A DNA stretch of 29,468 nucleotides. Source: Okeania sp. Lineage in GTDB: Bacteria; Cyanobacteriota; Cyanobacteriia; Cyanobacteriales; Microcoleaceae. Location of the stretch: positions 1-29,468 of the forward strand of contig NZ_JAYKGW010000147.1 of NCBI RefSeq assembly GCF_035285525.1, written 5' to 3'. The position numbers were made by a program, and so were the translations under genes. The notes beneath the pieces are model-generated. The model had not been told where the DNA came from, ran no database searches, and worked only from the letters and a program-made list of their open reading frames with translations. Positions 7,742 to 16,600 of this stretch are shown piece after piece (position 1 is the first letter of the stretch; every line of letters begins with the position of its first letter).

Positions 7742-10123
7742 GTGGAGTTAAAGAAATTGAAACAGCAAATACAATTTGGTAGTGGACTTTTAACTGGAGT
7801 TGCAGCAATAATAATAACCCAAACTCCAGCCTTTGCCGTAACCAAAATCACTAAAGTCCAGCTAAGTTCAGGAGACGGTGGGATGAATATTGTCCTAGTT
7901 ACAGAAAATGGCGATCGCCCCGAAGTATTCTCAGTTAACAAGGACAACTCTTTCATCGCTGATATTATCAATGCTCAACTAAGCTTACCGGAGGGTAACA
8001 AATTTAGGAAAGATAATCCAGCCCCTGGTATAAAATATGTTGAAGTAACCCAGGTAGATGCTAATAGCGTGCGTGTAAATATTCGTGGCCAAGAAAGTCC
8101 TCCCAGAGGCAGAATTATCCAAGGAGCAAAGCAAGGAATTATCCTCAGTGCAGCAGTAAGTTCAGGAGAGATAGCTCCAGCTCCTGAAACTAATAGTTTT
8201 CCTCCACCCTCAGCACGTCCAACTCAGGGAGTACAACCTGAAAAAAGGTCAGAAACAACTACAACCAAAAAACCAGAAGTATTATTACCAGACTCAGGAC
8301 TAACCGGAGATGGTTTCCCTACTTTACCAGGACAACCATCACCAAGTGAAGTGCCACCATTTTTACCACGAGCCGTAGCACCGCCAGTAGGGGATATAGC
8401 CATATCAAATATCAACCCTTCAGTAGAAGTTATAGATTTAAACACCCAAGAAAAAATACCTCGTTTAGTATTGCGAGAGGCTCCAGTTAGAGATGTTTTG
8501 GCTTTATTAGCTAGAGCAGCAGGGTTAAATGTTGCTTTTAGTTCTAGTGAAGAAACAAAAGAGGGACAAACTATTTCCCTAGATATTGAAAATGAGCCAG
8601 TCCAAGATGTTTTTAACTATGTTTTACGTTTAAGTGGGTTACAAGCAAATCGGGTAGGTAATACAATATTTGTGGGACAAGAGTTACCAGCGCAAGCTAG
8701 AAATGTGGTAGTTCGTTCCTTCCGTTTAAATCAAATTAATGCCCAAGAAGCTGCGGGTTTTTTGGTTAGTTTGGGAGCTGAAAGTGCTATTGTTACTAGC
8801 CAACCTGTAACTCAGGTTAATACAGTTAATATTCCTGGAACTAATCAAGCAATTACTAATACGGAAACAATTACCAGAACAGTTGTGCAACCGCTACGTT
8901 ATAATCCCCAAGACGCTCCCCCAATATTGAAAGGTTTACAAATAGCAGTTGATAACCGACTCAATAGTATTACTTTAGTTGGTTCGCCACAAAAGGTAGA
9001 TGTAGCAGCAGCTCAATTAATTCAATTAGATTTACGACAAAGACAAGTAGCTGTAAATGTTAAAGTTATAGATGTAAATTTAGCAGCAAATGAACAGTTT
9101 AATAGTAGTTTTTCTTTTGGAGTAAATGACACATTCTTTATTAATGATAATGGAGCAGCATCTCTAAATTTTGGTAGTCTTCAACCAGCTACTCAAGCAC
9201 AGCAAAATTCTAGTTATCCCCTAGCTCGTCCTGTTACTCCTAATCCAATTTCTGGAGACCCATTCTTTGATAGTCAACGTAGATTTGATGTGCCATTTAC
9301 AGGTATCCCTAATGTTAATGGGGGTGCAGGTACTTTCCTCAGACCAATATCTCCCACAACCAGCGAACCTACAAGAGTTGGAGTTGCAGATTATGATCCC
9401 TCAGAGGTAACTGCTAATGATGATGGAACACTGGATATAACACTAGGAGAAGCAACATTTGGTTTGTTTCCCCAAATTTTGTATCCTAGGAGATTTTTGG
9501 CACAGTTACAAGCTAATGTTGTAAGTGGTAATGCGAAAATTCTCACGGATCCAACTTTAGTGGTTCAAGAGGGGGAACAAGCTAGTGTAAATCTGGTGGA
9601 AAATGTTGTGAGAAGAATCCAAAGTACCTTTACAGATGATGGTGGTACAACTAGAGAAACTAGAACTCCTCAGTTTGAAGATGTCGGATTAATTCTTGGT
9701 GTACAAGTAGAGAGAATAGATGATAATGGCTTTATTACTTTAACAGTCAGTCCAACAGTAAGTTTTATTTCTCAGAGGGTACAAACAAATAGTAATAATA
9801 CAGATGAATTTGCAACAGAAGTTTCCAGGCGTGAGGTACAATCAGGTAAAATTCGTCTGCGAGATGGACAAACTCTGATTCTTTCTGGGATTATTCAAGA
9901 ACAAGAAAGAACAACGGTAAGTAAAATACCTATTTTGGGAGATTTACCAATTATTGGTACTCTGTTCCGTAGCAGTCAAGATGAAAGTCAACGAGCAGAG
10001 ACGATTGTTTTACTGACTCCTCAAATATTGGATGATGGCGATCGCTCTTCTTGGGGATACCGATATAATCCCAGTCCAGATGCTTTGCAATTGATGGAAA
10101 GAGGTCAACCAAGACCACGCTGA
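7742..10123 (+). CDS. pilQ: Type IV pilus secretin PilQ (N-terminal AMIN domain, C-terminal secretin domain)
   Basis: 793 aa with a GTG start and a signal-like N-terminus. It has an AMIN-like block (KVQLSSGDGGMNIVLVTENG...FIADIINAQL), a Pro/Ser-rich linker and a secretin C-terminus (ILTDPTLVVQEGEQASV...GQTLILSGII...VSKIPILGDLPIIGTLFR). Confidence 0.93.
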   Translation: MELKKLKQQIQFGSGLLTGVAAIIITQTPAFAVTKITKVQLSSGDGGMNIVLVTENGDRPEVFSVNKDNSFIADIINAQLSLPEGNKFRKDNPAPGIKYVEVTQVDANSVRVNIRGQESPPRGRIIQGAKQGIILSAAVSSGEIAPAPETNSFPPPSARPTQGVQPEKRSETTTTKKPEVLLPDSGLTGDGFPTLPGQPSPSEVPPFLPRAVAPPVGDIAISNINPSVEVIDLNTQEKIPRLVLREAPVRDVLALLARAAGLNVAFSSSEETKEGQTISLDIENEPVQDVFNYVLRLSGLQANRVGNTIFVGQELPAQARNVVVRSFRLNQINAQEAAGFLVSLGAESAIVTSQPVTQVNTVNIPGTNQAITNTETITRTVVQPLRYNPQDAPPILKGLQIAVDNRLNSITLVGSPQKVDVAAAQLIQLDLRQRQVAVNVKVIDVNLAANEQFNSSFSFGVNDTFFINDNGAASLNFGSLQPATQAQQNSSYPLARPVTPNPISGDPFFDSQRRFDVPFTGIPNVNGGAGTFLRPISPTTSEPTRVGVADYDPSEVTANDDGTLDITLGEATFGLFPQILYPRRFLAQLQANVVSGNAKILTDPTLVVQEGEQASVNLVENVVRRIQSTFTDDGGTTRETRTPQFEDVGLILGVQVERIDDNGFITLTVSPTVSFISQRVQTNSNNTDEFATEVSRREVQSGKIRLRDGQTLILSGIIQEQERTTVSKIPILGDLPIIGTLFRSSQDESQRAETIVLLTPQILDDGDRSSWGYRYNPSPDALQLMERGQPRPR

Positions 10124-10126
10124 TGA

Positions 10127-10166
10127 AGGGTGGGAAGATGGGGGAGGGTGGGAAGATGGGGAGGAT
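10127..10166. repeat. G-rich 18-bp tandem repeat (AGGGTGGGAAGATGGGG x2) just after the pilQ stop
   Basis: Direct reading. It is the complement-type counterpart of the C-rich STRR arrays. Confidence 0.8.
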
Positions 10167-10280
10167 GAATCCTGTCTATAGATATATAGTAATTCTGGTT
10201 TAGACTAAGACAATAATTTATTGCTGTCAAAGGATTTCAGCTCAAAAAATATTTCATTCTTATTCAGAATAACTATAAAT

Positions 10281-10310
10281 GTAGGTTGGGTTGAGGAACG
10301 AAACCCAACA
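10281..10310. repeat. Hairpin repeat GTAGGTTGGGTTGAGGAACGAAACCCAACA (family C)
   Basis: An 8-bp stem GTTGGGTT/AACCCAAC. The same 30-mer with one substitution recurs three times at 29345-29468. Confidence 0.9.
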
Positions 10311-10588
10311 ATAATGATCTCCCCTAACCCCCCTGAAGAAAGTTATGCTTTATAAACATTTTTCTTAACAGAAAACTTGACAAAATAGACACATTATGTA
10401 TAAATCTGGGAGCAACTTTTTGAGGAGAATAAATGTAATGAGTGAATACATTTTCTTGAAAACTTTAAGTAGTTTTACATACTTATATAGACTGTTTCTC
10501 CCTTCTCTCCTACTCCCCTCCTCACAAGGGTTTCAGGAGTTCCTCATCAAGCATAGCTTCAGAAAGAAGGGGGGACTTTGATAACTTA

Positions 10589-10676
10589 GAAACCCGGTTT
10601 CTTAAAGAAACCGGGTTTCTCTGTCTCCCTACTTCCTACTCCCTACTCCGAAACCGGGTTTCTCTGTCTCCCTACT
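10589..10676. repeat. Perfect 13-bp-stem hairpin (gaaacccggtttc ttaaa gaaaccgggtttc) plus a 27-bp motif directly repeated with a 43-bp period
   Basis: The arms at 10589-10601 and 10607-10619 are exact reverse complements. The motif gaaaccgggtttctctgtctccctact occurs at 10607-10633 and again at 10650-10676. Confidence 0.9.
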
Positions 10677-10690
10677 CTCTCTAGTAGATT

Positions 10691-10748
10691 AGGGCGGGTT
10701 TATATCAATCTTAAGGTAAGCATAAAATTTCTGCTAAAACCCGCCCCT
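10691..10748. repeat. Long-loop hairpin repeat (agggcgggttt ... aaacccgcccct)
   Basis: Inverted arms at 10691-10701 and 10737-10748 with one bulge. This is the GGCGGGTTT/AAACCCGCC type of element. Confidence 0.7.
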
Positions 10749-10829
10749 ACATATTGCTGAAAAGAGCGATCGCTTTTTGGCTGAAACTGGGAAAACTGGA
10801 AAAGGTAGGTATTGAGAGAAAACTAGCAA

Positions 10830-11234
10830 ATGCAAGGAACAGAGAAAGAATATATGGAAGCTCGTCAGCAGCGCAGTAAGATATTGAAAAAGATAATGTC
10901 CTTAGTGGGGTGTATATCTTTTGGGGGTACTGCTTTGTTTGGAATAGCAAATATGTTCAAAAGTGGTTTACAGCAACCGCAACAGTTAGAGACGTCAGCA
11001 GTTGTGTCTGTAGAGGAGCAGTTGCAGAAAACAGCAAGGGGATATGAGATTGTCTTGGAACGGGAACCAGAAAATGTGACTGCTTTGGAAGGTTTGGTTA
11101 GAGTGAGGTTGGAGATGGGGGATAGGAAAGGGGCGATCGCTTCTCTGGAAAAGTTGGTGGAGTTTTATCCTGAGAGAGAGGATTATAAAGTTGTGTTGGA
11201 GCAGGTGAAAGTAAAGATTAAAGATAGTAATTAA
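10830..11234 (+). CDS. Small membrane-anchored TPR-like protein
   Basis: 134 aa with one TM segment (IMSLVGCISFGGTALFGIANMF) and then a helical TPR-like C-terminus (YEIVLEREPENVTALEGLVRVRLEMGDRKGAIASLEKLVEFYPEREDY). Confidence 0.65.
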   Translation: MQGTEKEYMEARQQRSKILKKIMSLVGCISFGGTALFGIANMFKSGLQQPQQLETSAVVSVEEQLQKTARGYEIVLEREPENVTALEGLVRVRLEMGDRKGAIASLEKLVEFYPEREDYKVVLEQVKVKIKDSN

Positions 11235-11400
11235 TCTTATCAATTTTCTGAGATTTAGACAATTATTTTTAGGATAATTTCATTATTTGGGAAAAAAACT
11301 AATCTGATTCATCATTTTTTATATTATGGGTTCATAAAAAGTTATTGATTATGGGATAATTAGTATTTATGGCAATTATCGAATTGATGAGGTATAGCAC

Positions 11401-11470
11401 GATCCCCCTAAATCCCCCTTCAGAAGGGGGACTTTGAAGTTCCCCCCTTCAGAAGAGGGGTTAGGGGGGA
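11401..11470. repeat. Nested palindromic repeat (gatccccctaaatcccccttcagaaggggga...ccccccttcagaagaggggttagggggga)
   Basis: The inner hairpin is cccccttcagaaggggg. The outer arms are tccccctaa and ttaggggga. Fragments of the same motif occur at about 10321-10345 and 10562-10580. Confidence 0.75.
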
Positions 11471-11520
11471 GCTAATATCTGTAAGATCGCAGATTAAAAA
11501 ATTGCTATGAGGTAGTTTTG

Positions 11521-11788
11521 ATGATGCAGTCAATAAAAGGTATTTTTAAAGATGGTCTGATTCAACAAGAGTGAATCTGTTTCTGATCGAGAATATCATT
11601 CAGTTATTATTACTTTATTAGACGTACCAACGAGTTTTAAAATAGTAGGTTTGTCAGAAGAAAAAAATAAAGCTGAGTGGGATAGATTATTCTCTGTTAT
11701 AGAAAGTTGTGAGATGGAAACAGGAATAACTAATTTAGCAGATCAACACGATTATTATTTGTATGGTACACCAAAACATGATGATTAA
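11521..11788 (+). pseudogene. Frameshifted antitoxin-like gene (small cyanobacterial partner of PIN toxins)
   Basis: MMQSIKGIFKDGLIQQE then a stop at 11572-11574. The reading continues in another frame as SVSDREYHSVIITLLDVP...NKAEWDRLFSVIESCEMETGITNLADQHDYYLYGTPKHDD. Its stop overlaps the start of the next ORF (ATGATGATTAA). Confidence 0.5.
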
Positions 11789-12267
11789 TTCCCAGAAAGT
11801 TTTTGTGGATACATTACCTTGGATAGCTTTGATTAATAGATGAAAAGAGGGAGTAGGGATTAGGGAGTAGGAGTAAATAATTGATTATATTGGAGGTGTC
11901 TAATAGTAGTGATAATTTATCGGCTAAAGCTAAACAAATTTTGGTTAGACTAAAGCAACAGCAAGTTATTTTAGTAACAAAATAATTGATTTTGTTAGAA
12001 GTAGCTGATGCTTTATGCAAAACTCATCTACGTCAAAAAACTTATGCCTAGATTAATGAAATTAAACAAGTTCCAAATATTATTAAAATTATCCCTTTAG
12101 AGCAAAGTTTATTAGAGGAGGGTTGGGCAATTTACCATCAGTATTCTGACAAAGATTGGGGATTAACTGATTGTATTAGTTTTGTTGTAATGACGCAAAA
12201 AGGTATTACTGAAGCCTTTACATCTGACAGGCATTTTCAGCAAGCTGGATTTACTAAATTAATGTAA
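11781..12267 (+). pseudogene. Disrupted PIN-domain toxin (VapC-like)
   Basis: The N-terminus MINSQKVFVDTLPWIALINR ends at a stop at 11841-11843. After an STRR-like insert the frame resumes as DNLSAKAKQILVRLKQQQVILVTK*LILLEVADALCKTHLRQKTYA*INE...DKDWGLTDCISFVVMTQKGITEAFTSDRHFQQAGFTKLM. It therefore has at least 3 stops plus a frame change. Confidence 0.7.
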
Positions 12268-12307
12268 TTAGTATTTCTGTATCCGAAAAAAATTAGCTGA
12301 TAAAAGT

Positions 12308-12395
12308 GGCAATCACTCCCCTGGAAAAGTTAGTGGAGTTATATCCTGAGAGAGAGAGTTATAAAGTTGTTTTGGAGCAGGTAAGATTAGAAATT
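12308..12395 (+). repeat. Diverged duplicate of the 3' end of the TPR gene (compare 11132-11225)
   Basis: ggcaatcactcccctggaaaagttagtggagttatatcctgagagagagagttataaagttgttttggagcaggtaagatta compared with ggcgatcgcttctctggaaaagttggtggagttttatcctgagagagaggattataaagttgtgttggagcaggtgaaagtaaagatta. Confidence 0.85.
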
Positions 12396-12475
12396 TAGAA
12401 ATAAAATTGACAATTTGAGATACAATTAAAATACAATATAATAGACATATAACCCTCTATATAGGAGATTTGGGT

Positions 12476-13280
12476 ATGCAATTTAGTGAAACAGAAATTA
12501 TAGAAAAAATCAAAAATTATGGCTGGTATCATACAATACAATTAACACAAACAATTAAGACTCCTGGTCAGGATTCATATTTACCTATGCAGGAAGTTCC
12601 TCTACAAGTTTTAAGAATGCTAGAGCGAAAGGATGGAAAAGTTTTGGATATTGGTTCTCGAGATGGTTTATTCTCTTTTGAAGCGGAAAAGTTAGGAGCA
12701 AAAGAAGTAATAGGTATAGATAACGATTTGTCTCCAGCAGCAGTTGAGTTTTTAATTCCTTTTTTTTGAGTCAAAAGTGAAAATGTATGAACTTAACCTA
12801 TTTGATTTAAAACCTGAAACTTTTGGTACTTTTGATTTAATAATATTGTGTGGTGTTTTATATCATTTAAGATATCTATTTTGGGCATTAAAAGTTCTGA
12901 GAGATGTTTGAAATCCATTAGGAACAATGATTATAGAAGCAGGAGTTATTTTGAATCAAAATAACTTACCTTTATTGTTTTGTCCTATTGGTAATGAAAG
13001 TCCTTATGAACCTAAAAGTTGTACTTTCTGCAACTGAAAAGGATTAGCAAATACGCTGTTCAGCATAGGGTTTACTCTAGAGCATATAGAATGGTTAGGA
13101 AATGCTTCTGAGGAGCAATGGTAAAGATAAATATGGCATCTATCTTAATACATTGTCAGGGAAAACGGTAATTGATGGAGCTACTTTACTTTGCACTTAT
13201 AGACCAGAAATAATAAATCAAGAAGTTAGTACTTATTGGGATAATATTCACAAATTGAGCACTAATAAACAAAAAAAGTA
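12476..13280 (+). pseudogene. Class I SAM-dependent methyltransferase pseudogene
   Basis: The N-terminal part is intact (YGWYHTIQL...VLDIGSRDGLFSFEAEKLGAKEVIGIDN). There is a frameshift at the T-run near 12758-12766. The reading then continues as SKVKMYELNLFDLKPETFGTFDLIILCGVLYHLRY...RDV*NPLGTMIIEAG...SCTFCN*KGLANTL, and a further frame change leads into SNGKDKYGIYLN... Confidence 0.75.
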
Positions 13281-13632
13281 GTTGTATAGCAATCTTATTT
13301 GAGTTGTAATATTTTAGTGGCAGTTAGAATTCAGGTCTGAAAGCTGTGGGATTTTTCAAGTAGATAATCTTAAAGGTTTTCAGTGAAAATTAACTGTTAT
13401 AAAAATTGGTACTTCTCTATAGTAATGGTATATAGGAAAAAAGAATACTTGGTACAGAAGAAAGATGTTCTTAAAGGCATTATTCGTCAAGCAAAATAAT
13501 GAGAATCCACTACTATTACAATGCACCACAACCTAAAAATTATCACAACTAATTTAGGATTGCTATATTTTAGATAGAAAAAATCAAGTTGAAGAAAAAT
13601 AAATTTGAAAATTACAAAAGGAGCTAAATTAA

Positions 13633-16600
13633 GTGAAATCTTTTTCATTACAATCAGGAGATTATGTATCTCCTGGAATGTTAGTTGTTTTACCAGATGA
13701 ATGTTTTCCCAATATTATTATAGGCGATAAAAAATATTCGACTTGGCGTTATTCAAGAAAAGAAATTCCTCATAATCGTTATGTAGATAAAAGGTTTCCA
13801 GGAGTAGGATTTAATAATAGAGATGAAGTACATATTCTCTACAATACTGCTCTAAAATTTAAAGGAAAAAAAGCTCTAGAAATAGGTTGTTGGTTAGGAT
13901 GGTCAGCTTGTCATTTAGCATTAGCAGGAGTAGAGTTAGATGTCATAGATCCACTATTAGAAAATCAGGATTTTTATGAAAGCGTTAGTAGTTGTCTAGA
14001 AGCAGCTAATGTACTAGAAACAGTTAATTTAATACCAGGATATAGTCCGCAAAAAGTAGAAGAGTTAGCAGATACATTAGACTATAAATGGTCTTTAATA
14101 TTTATTGATGGTAACCATGAAGCTCCAGGACCTTTAAATGACGCGATCGCCTGTGAGAAACTGGCAACAGAGGATGCTTTAATTCTATTCCATGATTTGG
14201 CTTCCCCAGATGTATCACAAGGGTTGGATTATTTTAAGCAAAAAGGTTGGAATACAATGATTTACCAAACAGCTCAAATAATGGGAGTTGCTTGGCGAGG
14301 AAATGTGGAACCAATTAAACATCAACCAGACCCAAAAATACAATGGTCTCCTTTACCAGAGCATCTCAAAGACTATTTGGTTAGTGGTTTATCAACAGAG
14401 GAGTTGAAAAATAAAACTGTAGAAATTAAAGAAGCATTTGATAAATTTCCTCTTATTCCTTTTAAGTTGAATCTAGTTAATTTAATCTGTTTTCCAGATT
14501 GGGAACAAACAGAAGAAAACCTATTTTCTGACTTAGAAAAAATTGTTAGAGCTATCTTAAATTATTCAGATAGAAATGAAATATGTTTGTTAATAGGTAT
14601 TGATAAAATTGATGAAGAAGAAGCAGATAATATATTATCTTCTGTGGTAATGAAGATATTTATGGAAGAAGATGTAGATGTCACAAAAGAGCCTCAATTA
14701 TATTTATTAGCAGATTTAAGTTCCAGGCATTGGTCAGCTTTATTACCTCGGATTCAATTTAGAATAGCAATAGAAAATGAAAATGTAGGAATGGTAGAAA
14801 AAACAATAAATTTACCATCAATAACATTAGATTTATTGACAAGTATAAAGTTCAATAATTTCATTCCATCATTAAGTAAGTATAGTAATCAAATTATTCA
14901 GTTAGTAAATAGTAATCCTGGTCAATTATCTAGAGCTGAATATTCTTATATAACTGATGTAGTAGTTAATAGAAAATCTTGCAATTTCTTGGTTTTTGGA
15001 GTTGGTAAAGATAGTAAGTTTTGGATGGAAGTAAATCAAAATGGAGAAACAATATTTGTAGAAGATCATCCAGATTGGTTAAATCAGGTAAAGGCAAACT
15101 GTCCGAATATACAAGCTTATGCAGTTGAATATGGCACTAACAGAAAACAATGGCTAGATTTACTGGTGCAATATAGTCAGGGAATAGACAGTTTATTAAT
15201 GAGTTTACCAGAAAAAATTCTTCAGACAAAATGGGATGTGATTTTTGTGGATGCACCTGGTGGATACTCTGATGAAGTACCGGGAAGAATGAAAAGCATA
15301 TTTATGGCAGCAAAGTTAGCTTTTATTAATGGTAATACAGATGTGTTTGTCCATGATTGCGATCGCCTAGTAGAAACAATTTATAGTGGATATTTTCTAC
15401 ATGATAAAAATTTAATTACTAAAGTTGATAAATTGAAACATTATCAAATTATCAATCAAGACCAAAAACCCAAGATAAATTATCTGTTTCCTAGAGAAAA
15501 AAGTTATCAAACTGAAATAATTAAAGATAGTTTATTGTCGTCTCAAAATAATCTTCTCAAAACAGTTTTAACTTTGGAAGAGGTTCTTAAAGAAAACCCG
15601 GAAAATGTAACCACATTAGTAGAACTTGGTAAACTATCTCTTAAGTTAGAAGATTTACAGGTAGCAAAAAAATTATTTGCTAAAGCAATCAGTTTAGAGC
15701 GTCGCAACTGCATAGCAATTGAACTTTTAGGTAAAGTCTTGATAGATTTAAACGAGTATCAAGAAGCAACAAATATTCTAGAACATTTAGTAAAAATTCA
15801 ACCTCAAAATTTATCAACATTATCCTTACTAGAAAAATGTTATCGACAAATAGGTAAACAAAAAGAAGCAACTTCAGTTATTAATTATTACCGCGACCTA
15901 GAAACAGGTAAAAATGTTGCCAGCCTCCCCACAAATTTGTCAGAAAAATTTATATCCAAGACCAAACCTAAACGCATTTTAATCATCAATAATCTCTACC
16001 CTCCACAAGAATTAGGAGGATACGGTCGTCGTATTTGTGATTTTGCTAATGTACTTGATAAACGTGGTCATACTATTCATACGCTTGCTTCCGATGCACC
16101 TTACTTGGGAGAAATTAAATCCCCAGAAACAAACGTAACTCGTGAACTATTGTTGTGCGGTACTTATGAAAAACTGCCTCCAAGGCAGTTTACAGATGAG
16201 TCGGAAGTTCAATCGGTGATTGCCCATAATGATGCACTCATCAGAAAAACAATAGAAAACTATGCTCCAGATGTTTGCTTAGTGGGAAACATAGATTTAT
16301 TGAGTAACTCCATTTTCCTCCCTCTTTTAGAAAAATCTATTCCAGTCATTCATTTATTAGGGTTTGCTCAACCAGGGTATCCTGTTGACTGTACTCCCAA
16401 TAGTCCTCTTTACTTCGTTGGAGCAAATAGCGAATATGGTAGACAAGGTCTCATTAAACAGAAATATCCTCTTGATGAGATAGGTGTGGTTTACCCAGGA
16501 GCTTTTATTCAGCAGTTCCAAATGTGCTGCTTCCCTAATCTAGATAAACTCCGTATTGTTTTCGCTAGCTTAGTTTTACCCTACAAAGGTCCGCAAACAT

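Noticed and set aside
7723-8445. Minus-strand ORFs at 7723-7971 and 8224-8445 overlapping pilQ
   Set aside because: They are antisense to the secretin gene and have no supporting motifs.
10396-10581. 61-aa ORF in the pilQ-TPR spacer
   Set aside because: It is composed largely of STRR-like and palindromic repeat sequence (…LFLPSLLLPSSQGF…KKGGL), so it is a read-through of repeats rather than a gene.
12470-12769. Treating the 99-aa ORF as an intact small methyltransferase
   Set aside because: It stops right after the SAM-binding motif. The remainder of the methyltransferase fold continues downstream in other frames with stops, so it is the head of a pseudogene.
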